Shown here: piece by piece, positions 12,926-26,910 of the stretch
How positions within the stretch are numbered: the first letter of the stretch is position 1
Layout of the letters: each line of letters begins with the position of its first letter
Assembly: GCA_002633005.1 (NCBI GenBank)
Contig: NMRA01000013.1
Span: forward strand, 1,330,618 to 1,394,617
DNA length: 64,000 bases
DNA from: Phoronis australis
Lineage: Eukaryota > Animalia > Phoronida
Reading direction: 5' to 3'
Position numbers and translations under genes: made by a program
The notes under the pieces: model-generated
Told to the model about the DNA's origin: nothing
The model's database searches: none
Seen by the model: only the letters and a program-made list of their open reading frames with translations

Positions 12926-14908
12926 AATTCATAATTCTCTATGAGTATAGTGGTATTTCTTTCATTTTGTGATTGATAGTGCTGAGGTTGTGGAAATCAG
13001 TTATCGTGTCAATTCCCTCAACAAATGTTGAGTATCGTGAAACAAAAAGGTGGACACTTCCATCTAAAAATTAGTAGCATTCATTAGATTGAAAACAGTT
13101 TTAACAGGATTTTTGACCTTGGTGACTGCATGTTAGAAAGGAATAGACAGCTGTCACTAACACTTACATAGCAGTCACATGCTGTCCCATCAGAAGGCAG
13201 ATTGAATCTCTGATCAGCCCTCAGGAAAAAAATCTCATGTGAACACTGTTCGGATTTCGGAGTCTAATCTGTCTTTTTGTCATGCCGCCGCAAATCAGTT
13301 GACAGATCTGTCTCTTTACCTGTGGAAAGTCTTAATTTTAATGATGCAATTGGTGGTTAGATTTTATTTGATGCTGGTGAGTGCATGTGATTGGCCAGAA
13401 TGTTAATGTTGTGTTAATTACTCAGATGGCAGATATGATGCTTTTGTTAATGCTCGCTCTAGTATCTGATATTCTGATAAGTCGTCCTAATTGTGTTCTT
13501 ATCATGTGAACGCAGTATTATATCCCGGACTTAGATCTTGATATCATTTTATGTCAAAAGATAACTAGTGAACCAGGAAGCTATGCTTGGACACTATTTC
13601 CTTCTTGTCTGAATCAGTATCAGATCACAAGCTCATGTAAGTTGGCTCCTTTAAATATAAGATGTAAAGAACTTGGATGTATTAGAGCAACTGTTTCCTG
13701 TAAGAAGATACAGGGAAGTTGAACGCTAGGCATTCGCTTCTGGAAGGATCTCGGGTTGTTGTTGGCTTTTATTTTAACGGAATCCCAGATTGATCTGAGA
13801 GACCGCTAACAAGGAAAATATCTTAATTTCTTAATAGTTCAGGCACACATCAATATACAGAGCTTAAAAGAAATTGAGTTAATATAAGTCTCTTTTGTCA
13901 GTTGTAAGAAAGTCCAGCTCCTTATTTCATTCAAAAGCAGATGGAGAGCGCTGCATTATGGAGACAGAGAGTTATTGTTGTACTTGACTCAGCAAGAAGA
14001 CTGAGGATGAGAACAAAGTCTTCACCCCAACAATGAGGGCCTTGTTCCATTTCCAATTCATTAGGCATTCCAGTAACTGTAGGACTGGTTATTCATTCAA
14101 TGATGTCTCAATCCTGTTCTTGTTTCATCCATTCATTATTGCTATCTCCCGTCTGAACGCCCAGACCAATTAAAGGGTGTGCTTGAAAGGTTTGATTTTT
14201 GGTGTTCCTGGGGAAATAGCACAGCCAAGAACCAATTAAACTGTTTTGTTAACATTGGTTCTACAGCAGTTTTGGAAGAAACAGTTGCTGAATATGGTGT
14301 TGCTATAAGAACGACAAAATTTTGGGGCTAAAAGTTTTTGCTTATATGTTTCTGAAGGCATATGCAGTACAAGGGAAAATAAGCGTTTGTCAGTCGTGAC
14401 AGCTAATTCAATTAACAGCAAAAATGACTATAAATAACTATAATGGGGACAAAATTATAATTAAAGAATGGCTTAAATACCTTACTGATTTACCTGTTAA
14501 TCTCCCAGTCCCTCCATACTAGGTCACGGGGGGGGGGGGNGGGGGGGGGGGGGAATGTTCTGCTCAGCCGACATGACTGGAAATTCTGCCTCGTGTTATT
14601 TGAATAATTTTGGCGTACTGTATGCATGTTAGATACTTATTGTACTATAGATATAGAGTAAACCATTAGATTAGATAAAAATAACCACTGTTGCTATTTT
14701 ACAGTCTCACTTGTTGTTTTGGCTCTGATGTACCACACAAGTGGGGCCAATGATGAGAATTTTTCTCAAAGGTGTACAGTAAAATCTCATCAATTTCGGA
14801 CAAATTGGCAAAATTGTTTATCATTTTTCAAAGGCTTCTAACATTGTTGTGTATGCCTGAATTTTCTCGAAAACGTCTAGTTGCAGCTTTGGTTTGGAGC
14901 CTAAGGCT

Positions 14909-15142
14909 CAGTGGCAGATCTACGTTTAAGTTAGGGGGGTTTAGGATTCGAGCGAGTCCAAGGCGCCTAGTGCCGAGGGGAAGGAAGGTCAGGGAGAGGG
15001 TTTCCCTCCTCCCGCATAAGATTTTTTGTGTTTTTAGTAGCTAATTTAATTTTCTGGCGAAATTTTTTTCAATTTTTATTTTTGATCCTGTCCCGAGGGG
15101 GGGTTTGAACCTCCTGAACCCCCCCCTGTAGATATGCCTCTG
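14909..15142. mobile_element. MITE (234 bp) with ~15-bp TIRs
   Basis: CAGTGGCAGATCTAC ... GTAGATATGCCTCTG; flanks aggct / aggcc may be a decayed TSD; subterminal G/C runs. Confidence 0.75.
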
Positions 15143-15629
15143 AGGCCGATAAGTTGTTTACTTTGTGACTGCAATGAAGAAATCGAATTTCACTTGTCTG
15201 TCATGTTCATAATTTGGTGAGATTTTTCCGCATTAAGTGCTGTTTTGATAAAATTGATATTACCTTGGGACATTTCGAATGTTTAAAGTTAATTTTGCGG
15301 CAAATTGATATTAACATTTCCTGTTGTCTAGTATTGTACTGTGATATTTGTGCTTATAATAAGCTGCTTCATTTTTATTTTTCTTACTTTGAAGTTGACC
15401 AGTTTTGACTGCCGAAGCAGCTCTCGCATATAACTTTAGAATTTATATTGGTTCAGATTGATTGAGATGGATAGATGGAGAAGTTGTCTGCCTATTGAAC
15501 TGTGGGAAGTAATTCATTGCAACTAGCACTGGGTGCAGACAATCAAATTGATGAAATATGGCGGCGCTTTTCGTATATTTTATGTGGAGCTGTATGCGTT
15601 GGCAAAAGGAATAATCTCGCGAAAAAGTA

Positions 15630-15673
15630 AGGTCATACAAGGGAGGTCATACAAGTGAGGTCATACAAGGGAG
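15630..15673 (+). repeat. 14-bp tandem repeat x3 (AGGTCATACAAGKG)
   Basis: AGGTCA at 15630, 15644 and 15658. Confidence 0.9.
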
Positions 15674-15730
15674 CGAAAGGTTAGTGTTTTCTGAGCATGC
15701 CCAAAACCTGATTGGAATACTGTATTAAAA

Positions 15731-15795
15731 TGGTCACTGTTGATTGGTCACTGGTGATTGGTCACTAGTGATTGGTCACTGGTGATTGGTCACTT
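15731..15795 (+). repeat. 14-bp tandem repeat x~4.6 (TGGTCACTGGTGAT)
   Basis: Five TGGTCACT units, four of them preceded by TGAT to give TGATTGG. Confidence 0.9.
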
Positions 15796-16665
15796 AGGTT
15801 GGAATGTTTAATTATCGGAAATAATTCACTGTTGTTCCACAATCGAATATTTCTTGCCATGAGTACCTCGCCAGTATCTTGGAAGGACCGCAGCCTTGGT
15901 TGCAGTTGAGATTCATTGGTTTACAAGCTTCAGACCTGGTGGGTCGGGATAAGGGAAGACACAGAAACGAAGAACCACATCATAGACATTGCTCCTACTC
16001 ATTAATTTGTACTGTGGGATGCGCATATATTGTCTAATCTCATTTGCCCACAATGAGTCGATTGAATGACTCGATGAGTCGATTGAATAACTCTGCCATG
16101 CATGTAGTTCACTAATACCTACCTGTATTTATTTACATGTATAATAATTCCTTTCAGTACTATTGTACTAAGTGTTCATTCGCTGCAAGTGTCAGAGATA
16201 TTTTGCGTGGAATGCACCATCAAAAATAATGGCGATGGAATTATAAGTGTGTGATATAGATTGGTTGTGTGTAGGGTTTACAGCTTTTAGTTACCTGCAA
16301 CTCATGTTTGTCATGTATTAGATTATATGAATGGTGCTACCAATGTTTATAGCATTTAGCTAGAAAACACAATTTGTAGGTTCGTCAAATAATTCCCTCC
16401 GTATTATGTCACCCCGAGAAAACTGCTAGAAATGAACTCTTCAATGAAACCAAAATTTAAATCATTCTAGTACAAATGACAGATCGCCTGTAACGCAAAG
16501 TGGAGGTAGTCATTACGTTGTCGTGCTTACCTCGCTTTCATTTTTCAAATGATTTTGTATTGTCAACTATCCCAAATGCAGAAATTACTTTTAGCCTTTG
16601 TAATGTACAAGTTCAGAAAAGTTTGAAGTGTTCTGTGGTCAACCTTAAAAGATGATGTTTTCTAA

Positions 16666-17872
16666 TTTGAAAATTGTCGAGTGTTTTGTGAGACTTCGAA
16701 TGGCATTCATACGGAGGTTGGTACGTGGATGGTTCAAGGAGTGTTGATTGATATGATTGGGTAACTTTGATTGTAGTTAATTGATACACGCGGATTTAAC
16801 AGCAGAGCGTCAACACGACCATGCAGTATGGACGGCTAATGCTGCGTTTCAGCCTGTTTTCCTGTCTAAACGTACTTTGAGTTCTTAACTGAGGCGCCAA
16901 TAACGGTTGCTGTTATATGTTTTACTCGCGGGGGAAATGGTCGCTGTTGTGTCACCAGAATGGAAGGCCTACACAACATACACAATGCGTAATGTTTGCA
17001 GACGGTCATCTTGTGAAGTTGTGATCGTCACATTTCAAATTTACCGAAGCTGTTCTGAAACTTCGCAGTTTACAACGAGGCTCCTCTGTTACCGGAGTGT
17101 GAAGAGGCCTTGAGATGTGCCAATGATACTCGCTTACAGCACCTGAATCTGTTACACCAAGGTTACCAGTGTTCATTTCCATAGTGATATTTCTATCTAN
17201 CCAAACTTTAAAGGTTGCTATTGACAGTGGGCGTCCAAATGATACATTGGGCGTCCTTGCCAGGGCGTCCAGATTAGTGCTAGGGCGTCCATTTGGACGC
17301 CCAGGACGTACGCTGCATAAAGGCCTGTTTGAAAATTGTCGAGTGTTTTGTGAGACTTCGAATGGCATTCATACGGAGGTTGGTGCGTGGATGGTTCAAG
17401 GAGTGTTGATTGATATGATTGGGTAACTTTGATTGTAGTTAATTGATACACGTGGATTTAACAGCAGAGCGTCGACACGACCATGCAGTATGGACGGCTA
17501 ATGCTGCGTTTCAGCCTGTTTTCCTGTCTAAACGTATTTTGAGTTCTTAACTGAGGCGCCAATAACGGTTGCTGTTATATGTTTTACTCGCGGGGGAAAT
17601 GGTCGCTGTTGTGTCACCAGAATGTAAGGCCTACACAACATACACAATGCGTAATGTTTGCAGACGGTCATCTTGTGAAGTTGTGATCCGTCACATTTCA
17701 AATTTACCGAAGCTGTTCTGAAATAACAAACTTCGAAGTTTACAACAAGGGTCCTAGTCTGTTACCAGAGTGTGAAGAGGCCTTGAGATGTGCCAATGAT
17801 ACCCGCTTACAGTACCTGAATCTGTTACACCAAGGTTACCAGTGTTCATTTCCATAGTGATATTTCTATCTA
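16666..17872 (+). repeat. Near-identical ~540-bp direct duplication (16666-17199 and 17328-17872) around an N
   Basis: The copies differ only by scattered SNPs and small indels; copy 1 ends exactly at the N at 17200. Confidence 0.95.
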
Positions 17873-18010
17873 CTGGCATTGTCAAAATGTTGATTGATGG
17901 ATGACAACATCTAGCTACAGTTAGTCATTTTATTCTGAGCCTTCCCTCTGGGGCATCGAATGCCAGTCCTTCCCAAACCCAGAAATCACTTCTTATCTGA
18001 ATGTAGACCA

Positions 18011-18202
18011 GGGACCAGTTTTATGAAAGTGACTTATGACTGAAATTTGGTGATTTACAGTGACCAGTAGTTTTGTATGAAGTGTCAGAGACTTTGGATT
18101 TTGCAAAAGTGAGATTTAATTATATCTTTTCAGAAATAATACAGTGGCGCGCAAGACCAAATTTTGGTATTTTGTCTTAAGTCATTTTTCATGAAATAGA
18201 CC
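18011..18202. mobile_element. MITE with ~30-bp imperfect TIRs
   Basis: gggaccagttttatgaaagtgacttatgac versus gtcttaagtcatttttcatgaaatagacc. Confidence 0.65.
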
Positions 18203-21200
18203 TTCATTTTGTAGTGAAAAATGGCCTAAATCGATAGTATTTTACCTGAGGTGGTTTATAGTTACTTTGGATTGTCTAATTGAGATACATATTATATGTG
18301 TGCAAGTGCTTATGCAGTTTCATCATCAAAGCAAAAATGGAAAGTAATCTCTCGAGACGTCTGAATGCTTGTTCAATTGGCTCAGTCCACCCCAGACGGT
18401 ACTTATGACCACTTGATGAACATATCTTGATAAGTCTGAGAGGGGCTCCCAAGTACCATCCACTTAGCTTCCTTTTGGATATTTTGTATTCTGGTAAAAT
18501 TTTATACGAAATTCAACTAGGTGGGAATGTGATGTTTTAATTACTCTTATAGTTTGTTTTCTGAACTGTGGAATTTTGATTGAATAATCGAGGTTTAATT
18601 TCAACGTATTCCCAGTCATCTCGTTTTGTCATGATGCTTTTAGCAGAAAAGTCTAATAAAGTCTTATTTCTAAATTTTCAAAAGCTTTGTCTCAGCTAGT
18701 TTTCACGGTATTAATTAAGACACTCTGGAAAGTTACTCTTGGAAGAAAATGCGGTGAGTGTGTGATTGGTTTTATAATTTTCGACTGGCGGCTTGGCTGT
18801 TTTTTGCAACAGTGGCAGACAAAATATGTCAACTACTGGTGTTGGTAACAGGGTATAGCTTACTTGAGAACAGGTGGCCAACAAGATTAGGATGGAAAAA
18901 TAGCGAACATTTCAGGCACTATGAAAAAGAACTTAGCCACTCTCTCCACATCTTGTAGCGGGGAGGGGGGAGGGGGGATTGTATTATAACCGTGGTCATG
19001 TGAGATGATTACCCAGTTTTAGTTAAAACCCATGCATGAACACATACATACAGTTTTCAAGCTTCAAACCTATAAATGCCCATGCAGAGTCGGCCAGTGG
19101 AGCAACTGAAATATATGGGTACTTATGACCCTTGGATTTAGTGCCCAGACCTGATTACGTAATTAACAATTTTACTGATCTCATTTCGTTTTGAGGTATA
19201 TGGTCAGCAGGTGACTTTTTCACAGTTTCCGTATGAAAGGGTTACTGTTCTCAAAAAAATTGTTATGAAAGGTTGTCTCTTTGACAAAATTCCTGTTGAA
19301 CATTTTTGTCAAACTTAAATGAAAAGGGTACTCTCAGTGGGAGCTCAAAATCTACAAAAGGTTACAGTTTCAACTACACAAATCTATAGGGGTTTTTCTT
19401 TTCTATATTTTAAAAACTTTAGTTGGAAAAGAACCGCATTTAGTGTTTGACTAAATGGCAAAGTCTTTTTATCTTATTTCGGATGTCCACGAATCCTTGC
19501 GAGAGGGTTAGCTTTATGGCATAATGTAATGCTGCAAAAGTTGGTAATTTTGCAACTTAACCCCAAAAGGGTGACTTCACAAACTGAAGCTCCATGCAAA
19601 TGGGTCGTTTTTTCAAGACCACTCTCTAAATGGATTGTTATCCTATTTTGTAGCTGCAGTCCCCCCACGCATAATACAGTTAAGTACCCTTCAGAGCTTT
19701 CATTCTCACTTTAGAGTATGTCCAGGTCTCACCAACATGGACAGAGTGGGATGAAGTCAACGCATAAAAATGCCACTGCTCTTCCATTGTTTTTTGTTGG
19801 CGCAGCTTGCGTAGGTCACTGTCGCCTATCAATGTTTTACCGCCAAAGCGTTTTCCTGCCCATGTTTTCGGTCGTTTCATTCTTTTCGTAAGCACCAAGA
19901 CCCCTATGGATGGCTTACCATTTGTTGCTCTTGTTAATTTTACCTTAAATTTGCACCTTTTATTAAAGCTAATTGATGGCCCTGATGTTTCTGTTCAAAG
20001 GTTATCTTTTTGTTCTCAGTTTTGTGTGCATACATGTGCTTGTGACGTTAAAAATCCGCTGGAAAATGACCTGCCTTTTTAAATTTTATTTTGAACAAAG
20101 TTTGCCTGAAAGTGTAGACTGCAGACTAAAAACCGGTCCAGGTTGTTAACTCTCATTTTTGACCTTTGTGAGAAGGTCAAATACTTGACCCCATTTTTGA
20201 TATTTTATTTTCATGTCAATGGCAGCTTACAAGAGCACTTGGTAACCAAGTGCTATGGATTAATAAAGCAGAGAAGACTGCCATATCAGAACTAATTATT
20301 GCTTTACTTCCTGATAAAAGTTCTTTATTTTGTTTATTCACCCTTGAAAAGGGTTATAAATGCAAATTCTGCACTTGGTATGGCTGTTTTCTAATTTTTC
20401 AAAGGCTCATCACATTGCTGCTGTTGATGAAATATTTATTAAGTGTTGTTTTGTGTCGTTCACACAGTTCAAACCATGCTGGTAACAGACAGAAATATTC
20501 CTACATTAAAGTCTCACCAATTTAGGGCACATTATGGTGGACAAGTGAAATTTTATTAAATATTTTTTTGTTTTTTCTCTTAAAATGTCAGTTGCAGCAA
20601 ATGAATGTTCTGAGTTTCATATCATAACTTCAATGGACATTTACAACAATGTTAAAAAACTTTGGAAACTAAAGAACAACAACTTTGACAATTTATTACT
20701 TTTGTCCAAAATTCGTGAGATTTTACCATAATCTTTATTTTTCTGAAGAAATTTGACGAAAGATAATTTCACTCGTCGGCCAAAATGTCTGCTATAATGT
20801 TGTTTTACGACATCTTAACACTGCAAGCTAGGCTTGTTAATTTCTGTTTTCGTGGATAAATTTGACAAAATAGAGGACATATTGCTAAAAGAGTGAAGAA
20901 TTCCGGCGCAGACGGAGTTGAAACTCAATGTTTTTGAAACTTGTCTCGGGTAAGTCATACCTGTGACAACTTGATCCACACTCGCCACTACAAGTCAAAG
21001 CAAGTGATGGAGTACACTGAATCTACATGTATATTAATATAACCCAGCGTCGCTTTGGTGTTTGAAGTTGGACCAATCACATACTGATGCTGAGAATTAG
21101 AGACGTTCGTCGCGAGCTGCCTGGCCGTCCCGGAGCCTTTGTGACTTATTACCTATAGAATTCGACTTATGGTATTTATACTTCTACCACCCAACCGGCG

Positions 21201-24200
21201 ATGAGTTGTACACCTTTGAAAAAGTGGAGCCGCATGTTTGAGCAAATGGTAGGTCATTTTTTACCAATGCATATCATTTTAAAGTTTCTCCTGACTACTT
21301 TCACTCTTTACTCAAGGCCGAGTTGTCTCCGTAATTGACCTATCACAAGCTCCGCCCCCTTGCAAAATGTCGAGAAATAAACAATAAGTTTTACTTGGCA
21401 ACGTGTTGTTTGTCGGGTAAAATGGCTGCTTTGAAACGAAGGTGTGTCAAGAATGCTGCGTTCTGATTGGTCAGTTAAGCCATCACTCAAAATTCTGGCA
21501 ATGGATCAATTGCGTCCACTTTGTGACATAAAAAAGAAAAACAGTAGGAAGTGTTGTATATATAAAATGTACTCTGACCGGGTGTGGTAGCAAAAACAGG
21601 TGGAATTTGACATAGAATTGTGTTTTGCACATCAAGTAATTAACTCAAAACGTGGCAAATTGACTTGGTTACCGGTCAAAACAAAATGATTACTTCATAA
21701 CACGTCGATTTATCACCTCGATAATCTGGGCAGGTGTGGTGAAGGACATCATTCACCTGCTCTTACCTGTTCAGTCGTCATTTGCTTATTGATGATTGCA
21801 GGTAATTTCCACTGGCTCGGGTGTTCTTTTGAGCATTATTGGCTGTTAGCTGCAAATTGACAACAACAAAATCCATCAAAGCTGTTAGAATGGCCTCGTT
21901 GCTAGACATGGTTTTTCTCTGAGAACTGAGGTGTTGAAAGCTAATATTTATCAGGTCGTTTTGGAAATAGCAAGATTACAAAAGCGATATTTCTAAAGAT
22001 ATTAGCATCAAGATATTAGCATGTATGCAAATAATCCTGCCCAAATTTAACATCTTATGGCTGTGTTTGCTTATTGTGTTGTAATGAAGGCTCATATTTT
22101 GCAATTATCATCAATAAAAAGTAGTGTGAACTTCTACTTGAAAGATATGTGTAGGAAGATGATATCTTGATTGTGGTCACGTAATGAGGCAGTGACGGTT
22201 TAGTACAACACAAGTGTTTGGGTGCCATTTTGACCGAGCGATTTTCAATCATTGGTCATTGTTTGTGTTCGAGTCTCCGTCATCACCTTCTAAAATTCCT
22301 GTGTAAACCTGTTTATTATTCACTATACCTTGACATTACCGCAGCGAATGCATTGCATTGGTTCTTTAGCTTAATCCCCATGTTGGCTTAATACCACACA
22401 CGCACATGCTCGCACACACACGTGCACACATATATATCAAACAAAATTAGGTCTTATTGGAACTGTTATTTTGCTATTTGGTGTTATTGGAACGGTTATT
22501 TTACAGTCAGTGTACCTTTGTTTTTGGTAAATTTTACTAAATAGACATGGTCACGTAATTCAGTTTATAGCAAATTGGCATAAAGTTAAAAATTAAATTC
22601 TGTAGGCTTTCATCTTTCAGAAAATATGTACGTTTTCTTAATTCAAAGTCTGTAGTTTTTTAGTTATTTGGATAAATATACCAACAAGTTGATTGGCTCC
22701 TACATGACCTGAAGACTTGTGGCAGTGTTTCTTCTTGGTTTTCAAGGAAATCCACTTTTTCATCGAGGTCAGTCCCAACGAGGAAGAAAATCTTGTGCCG
22801 TGGGGCTCGAAACAGCTGCAGGCCTAGCCTAACTCATCGACTAAATTCTTACAGTTTTAAAAACTATCAAAAAACCTTTAACGTAACAATCGCTAAATGT
22901 TTTCTGGGATTACTATTATTTCTTGTTTAAGCTGATTGTATTTTCTGTCCCTTTGTTATGTCGTCATTCCCAATTTATTTCTCGTTATTAGTTCTCAAGT
23001 AAGCCACGGTTCCTTCCCCAAGCAGAAAGCATGTGTTCACGCCACTGAGGTGTTATAGTCTGTCCTAGACCTGGTCAAGTGTATATTGTTACAAAAACTT
23101 CTTGTTAAGAAAAACATCTGGGTCATTAGCGTGGTACGGCTTCTATTAAAGAAACGAGTTGTTCTCCTGCTGCAGATTTTTGACACATGATTTTCCTTTG
23201 TAGTGCTTATTAGTTAAAGAGTCTAACCCTCAGAGCTACACAAGTTCAATTAGGAGGGTGTGCGTTTGTTTGGGGTGGAGTTATTTTTTACTTTTTCTGA
23301 ATTATAATCTTTGGGCATCACACTAAAAATTATTTCATTTAGAACTATTCGACTCTGCTTGCTCTTCATCTCTCAAATATTTTAAACTGTTTCTAGCCTT
23401 TGAAAAGTAATAAAAATATTTTACTTTTTGGCTATTTGTTCTTGCCTCAAGTAAAGCTATTTAAGCTTAAGAAATTTCAAACTTTTTGTTATCTTACGAA
23501 GGTTTATTTTGTGAAGTCTTTTCGAGGTTCACCTTTTGAAGGTTGATAGGTGTACTTTTACTATTTGACATTTTATTTCAACTTGATGTTTTTTCTCTTA
23601 ACATTTTAGCTTGTAGTGTTTGACATTTTTCATGTGCAGAATACAATCTTGTAATATAGAGGATAATTGAAATGTTAGCTTTTGAAAATGAGAGGATAAG
23701 ACTACCTCTTACAGTAACTTTCTTCACACCTGTGCTTGATTGTGTTTTCAGCCACCCTCACTCCCCCCAAAAGTAGGAAACATGAGTAATGATTTCTGCG
23801 AAACGAGCGCCAGGGTGTATATGGACACCTGTGAAAAGCATTTATAAAGGCTGGGACTTTATTCAACTGATTATTTACTGTGGCCCTCCTGCTTTGTTGA
23901 CCCAAATAAAATAAGGACTGGTTTTGTGGCTGCACTGTAATACCAGTGTGCTTGGACAATGTTCTAACCACACTGGCGACTTGTCGTGTTTACTTGGATG
24001 GTTGTTAACTTGTCAAGTGGCACATCTAATTTTACTTGTTTATATTTCGATATGCAAAATTGTTTATATTTAATAAACTCTTATAACAATTCATGTCACG
24101 CCGTGACAAGCCAACTCATGTACAATGATAACCAACTGTCAGTCCTTTCTACGATCAGGCATTGTTCCTAACACAGAAAGGAACAAGTTACTATTGATTA

Positions 24201-26449
24201 GTAGCGTTAAGTGGTCACTGCTTTCAATTTCATTCACCTCCTATGAATTGGGGATGACACTGAAATTTAAAGTCCAATAAAACCTCCATCACCAGCTGTC
24301 AATGCTGGTTATTTCAATTATCTGTTGGAAAAATGAGAGAACATTATGAGCACATCCAGGCCAAACAAGGTCACAGACAGGTAGAGACATTGTGACTTGA
24401 GGTCATTGTGGTACACCTGTGGACATGAGGTGTGAAGTGTTTGAGGACAAGGCCATTCTTAAGCAGGACTTCTGTCAGTGGGAGACTTTATATTCAATCA
24501 CTCAGGCAGTGCTAATGAAGGAACTAGGGACCTCTTTTGTTACATGAATAGAGTTAAAAACAGAAATTCTCGCCAGCATGTGGGCACTTGTGGATTTGGG
24601 TCCCACATGAAAATGGAATGCTGCGATAACTTAGAAAGAATTTTTGTGCTTCTTTGGTCGAGTTCTCACATTGCAATAAAGTTGTTAAACAGAAATTACG
24701 CTGCCTCACTCCATTGATCTTTAGGAAACAGAGATGGTTTTAATTTCTTTGCCTGTCCAGAGAGGGTGCTGAAGTGGCTTAACAAGAACTGTTTCAGTTG
24801 CTATCAAGCTCCTTCCCATGAATGCGAAACATTGGGCCCATCTGTGGCCTGTAACCATGTACATTTCATGGAATTGTACTAAAGCAAAAGGCATTCTTTC
24901 AATTTAGCATGTTTACATAACTATTGCATTTGGTTGAAAAAATAGGGTACAAGTGTATGTAGTCAAATACAGGCAATTTAGAATACAATATGGTGGACCA
25001 CTGAAATTTTGTTGTTTTTTATAAAATATAAGAAACATTGAAGAAATGTTTCATCATTTTAAGCTCTATACCATAGTTGTTACCATGACAATATGTTGAG
25101 AAAACAATGCACCGTCATTCGTTATATTGATTTTGATTCAGGAATTTATTTTTGAACATGAAATTTTAAAAAATATGACTTTTCCCTGTAGCAATGGAGT
25201 TATAATTTGATGTTTGAAACATTGTAACAAATAACATGTTAGTCCACACACTGTAGCTTCAATAAATTGTACTGCTGGTGGATTCTAAATCTTCACAACA
25301 TATTAAAAATTGCACGTAACAAACTTTTTCTATGTCGAGTAGACTGAGACTGTGTTCACAACAGCTGTCGATTATCGTAAAAAATATTCGCCGCGTAATC
25401 CAGTTCATACTGTGTCCTCGCTGGGCTGTGGCTGCAGGCAGATGATATGATTTTGCATTCGAGGTTTGTTAGCCTTGATGCAAAATCAATACGAGGATGG
25501 ACTCCACTTTCTCTTTCAACTTAACTGGCCGGCCATGGTATTGATTTTGAGAGTGTAGACAGATACAGTTGTGACTCGTAGATGGGGGAATGAGCATGTC
25601 AGTATGGAGCAGAGGTAAGAGTTTGGAGTTAGCAGGGCCACTTTATTGGTTGGTGGGGCAGTTTTACTTGTCTCTTTAATGATATGTGATGGTTCTTGGA
25701 GTGGTTGTTCGAGAATTTGATGACGAAGGAAGTCTGTGTGAAACAACCGCTGTAGTCTTTCCATAGAATAGTTGGGACAATTCCAGAGTGTAGGAGTCTT
25801 AGTAATGTTCGTAATAATTCGAACTCTAAAGTGGTTTTGGTGGTTTCAAGACATGAAAGTTGGAAATGTTAAAGGTTAATGCAGTGGCTCCAAGTTGCGT
25901 CAAAATGTAATTTGGAATTGTTTTAATTGGCAGCCAAGTTATACCTTGTACGTATGTAACCTCTGTGGGCCAAAAATAGTTGACACTTTGTGGTCTGGGT
26001 GTACCCTATCATGAAGCCCTTGTTTAAAAGCATAGAACCAATCTCTTCCATGTTTCAAGCACATAAAAATTGTAACGGGATCCAAAGCACATCCCACCAA
26101 CTCCCTGCTTTATGGTCACCTTAGAAAGCTAATATCAGACAAGCTACTGTCTTCAGACACACACTAATTTGAAGATGCACTTGGATTGTGTCTGTTTCGG
26201 TGGCCACACACATCAAATTGAAGTCATGTCATGTGGGGCAAATCTGCTTGGTTGTTTGTTTAGAGAAAGAGTTGTTAGTCTGCAAATTGCCATGTAGGTG
26301 ACTTCTCAGATCATTACTAAGCAGCCTACCTTTGATCCCCAGCTTCTTTAATGCTGGAATGGTTCAAGAGCTGAGCTGGAGACTCAATTTCCGTCTGTAT
26401 TTCACATCCAATTTTCATTGAGTCTAGGGGTGTTTTGTTCTCTAGTCCA

Positions 26450-26910
26450 TTTACCTCTTAAATTCTTCCTCTTCCTCCCAATTTTTAGGTTCTTTTCAAG
26501 GTCCCTATCCCCCTTAGACTCCTCTCCACTTCATCCAACTGCCCCTCTCTCCTTCTCCCTTTACATCCTCTGACCGCCATTCCCGACTCACCTGATTCCT
26601 TGTTGTGTTTCTTATTACCGTTCACAAATTATCATTCACCATCCCCTTTCACCATCTTCACTTGTCCCTCACCCCCCTGCTGTGCTTCATTCCCTTCCTC
26701 TCCACCTCTTGCCCATGTCTCCCATGGTCGCCTCTCCCATCACCTTCTTCACTAGCATGAGTCACCTCCCTTCCTCCCTCACCCCTTCCCTGTATCTCCT
26801 CATCACCATTCCTCCATCATCAACTCCTCTTCCCCCCACCTATCATTCATCTCCCCTTGTCCCCCATCCGTTCTCGTATGCCCCCATCACCTCACTTCAC
26901 CATCTCTCTA
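26450..26910. repeat. Pyrimidine-rich low-complexity tract (second tract at ~27320-27500)
   Basis: Strong C/T bias on the + strand, which explains the Pro/Ser/Leu/His-rich spurious ORFs. Confidence 0.85.

Noticed and set aside
14528-14553. Poly-G run as a G-quadruplex element
   Set aside because: Contains an N; its length is unreliable and it is probably an assembly join.
15551-15660. ATG frame MKYGGAFRIF... ending AA|GTGAGG (phase 2)
   Set aside because: The donor lies within a tandem-repeat unit, and a competing upstream GTAAG is out of phase. Too weak.
25604-25620. ATG GAG CAG AG|GTAAGA micro first exon
   Set aside because: Only 3 codons; it illustrates the chance rate of phase-2 candidates.
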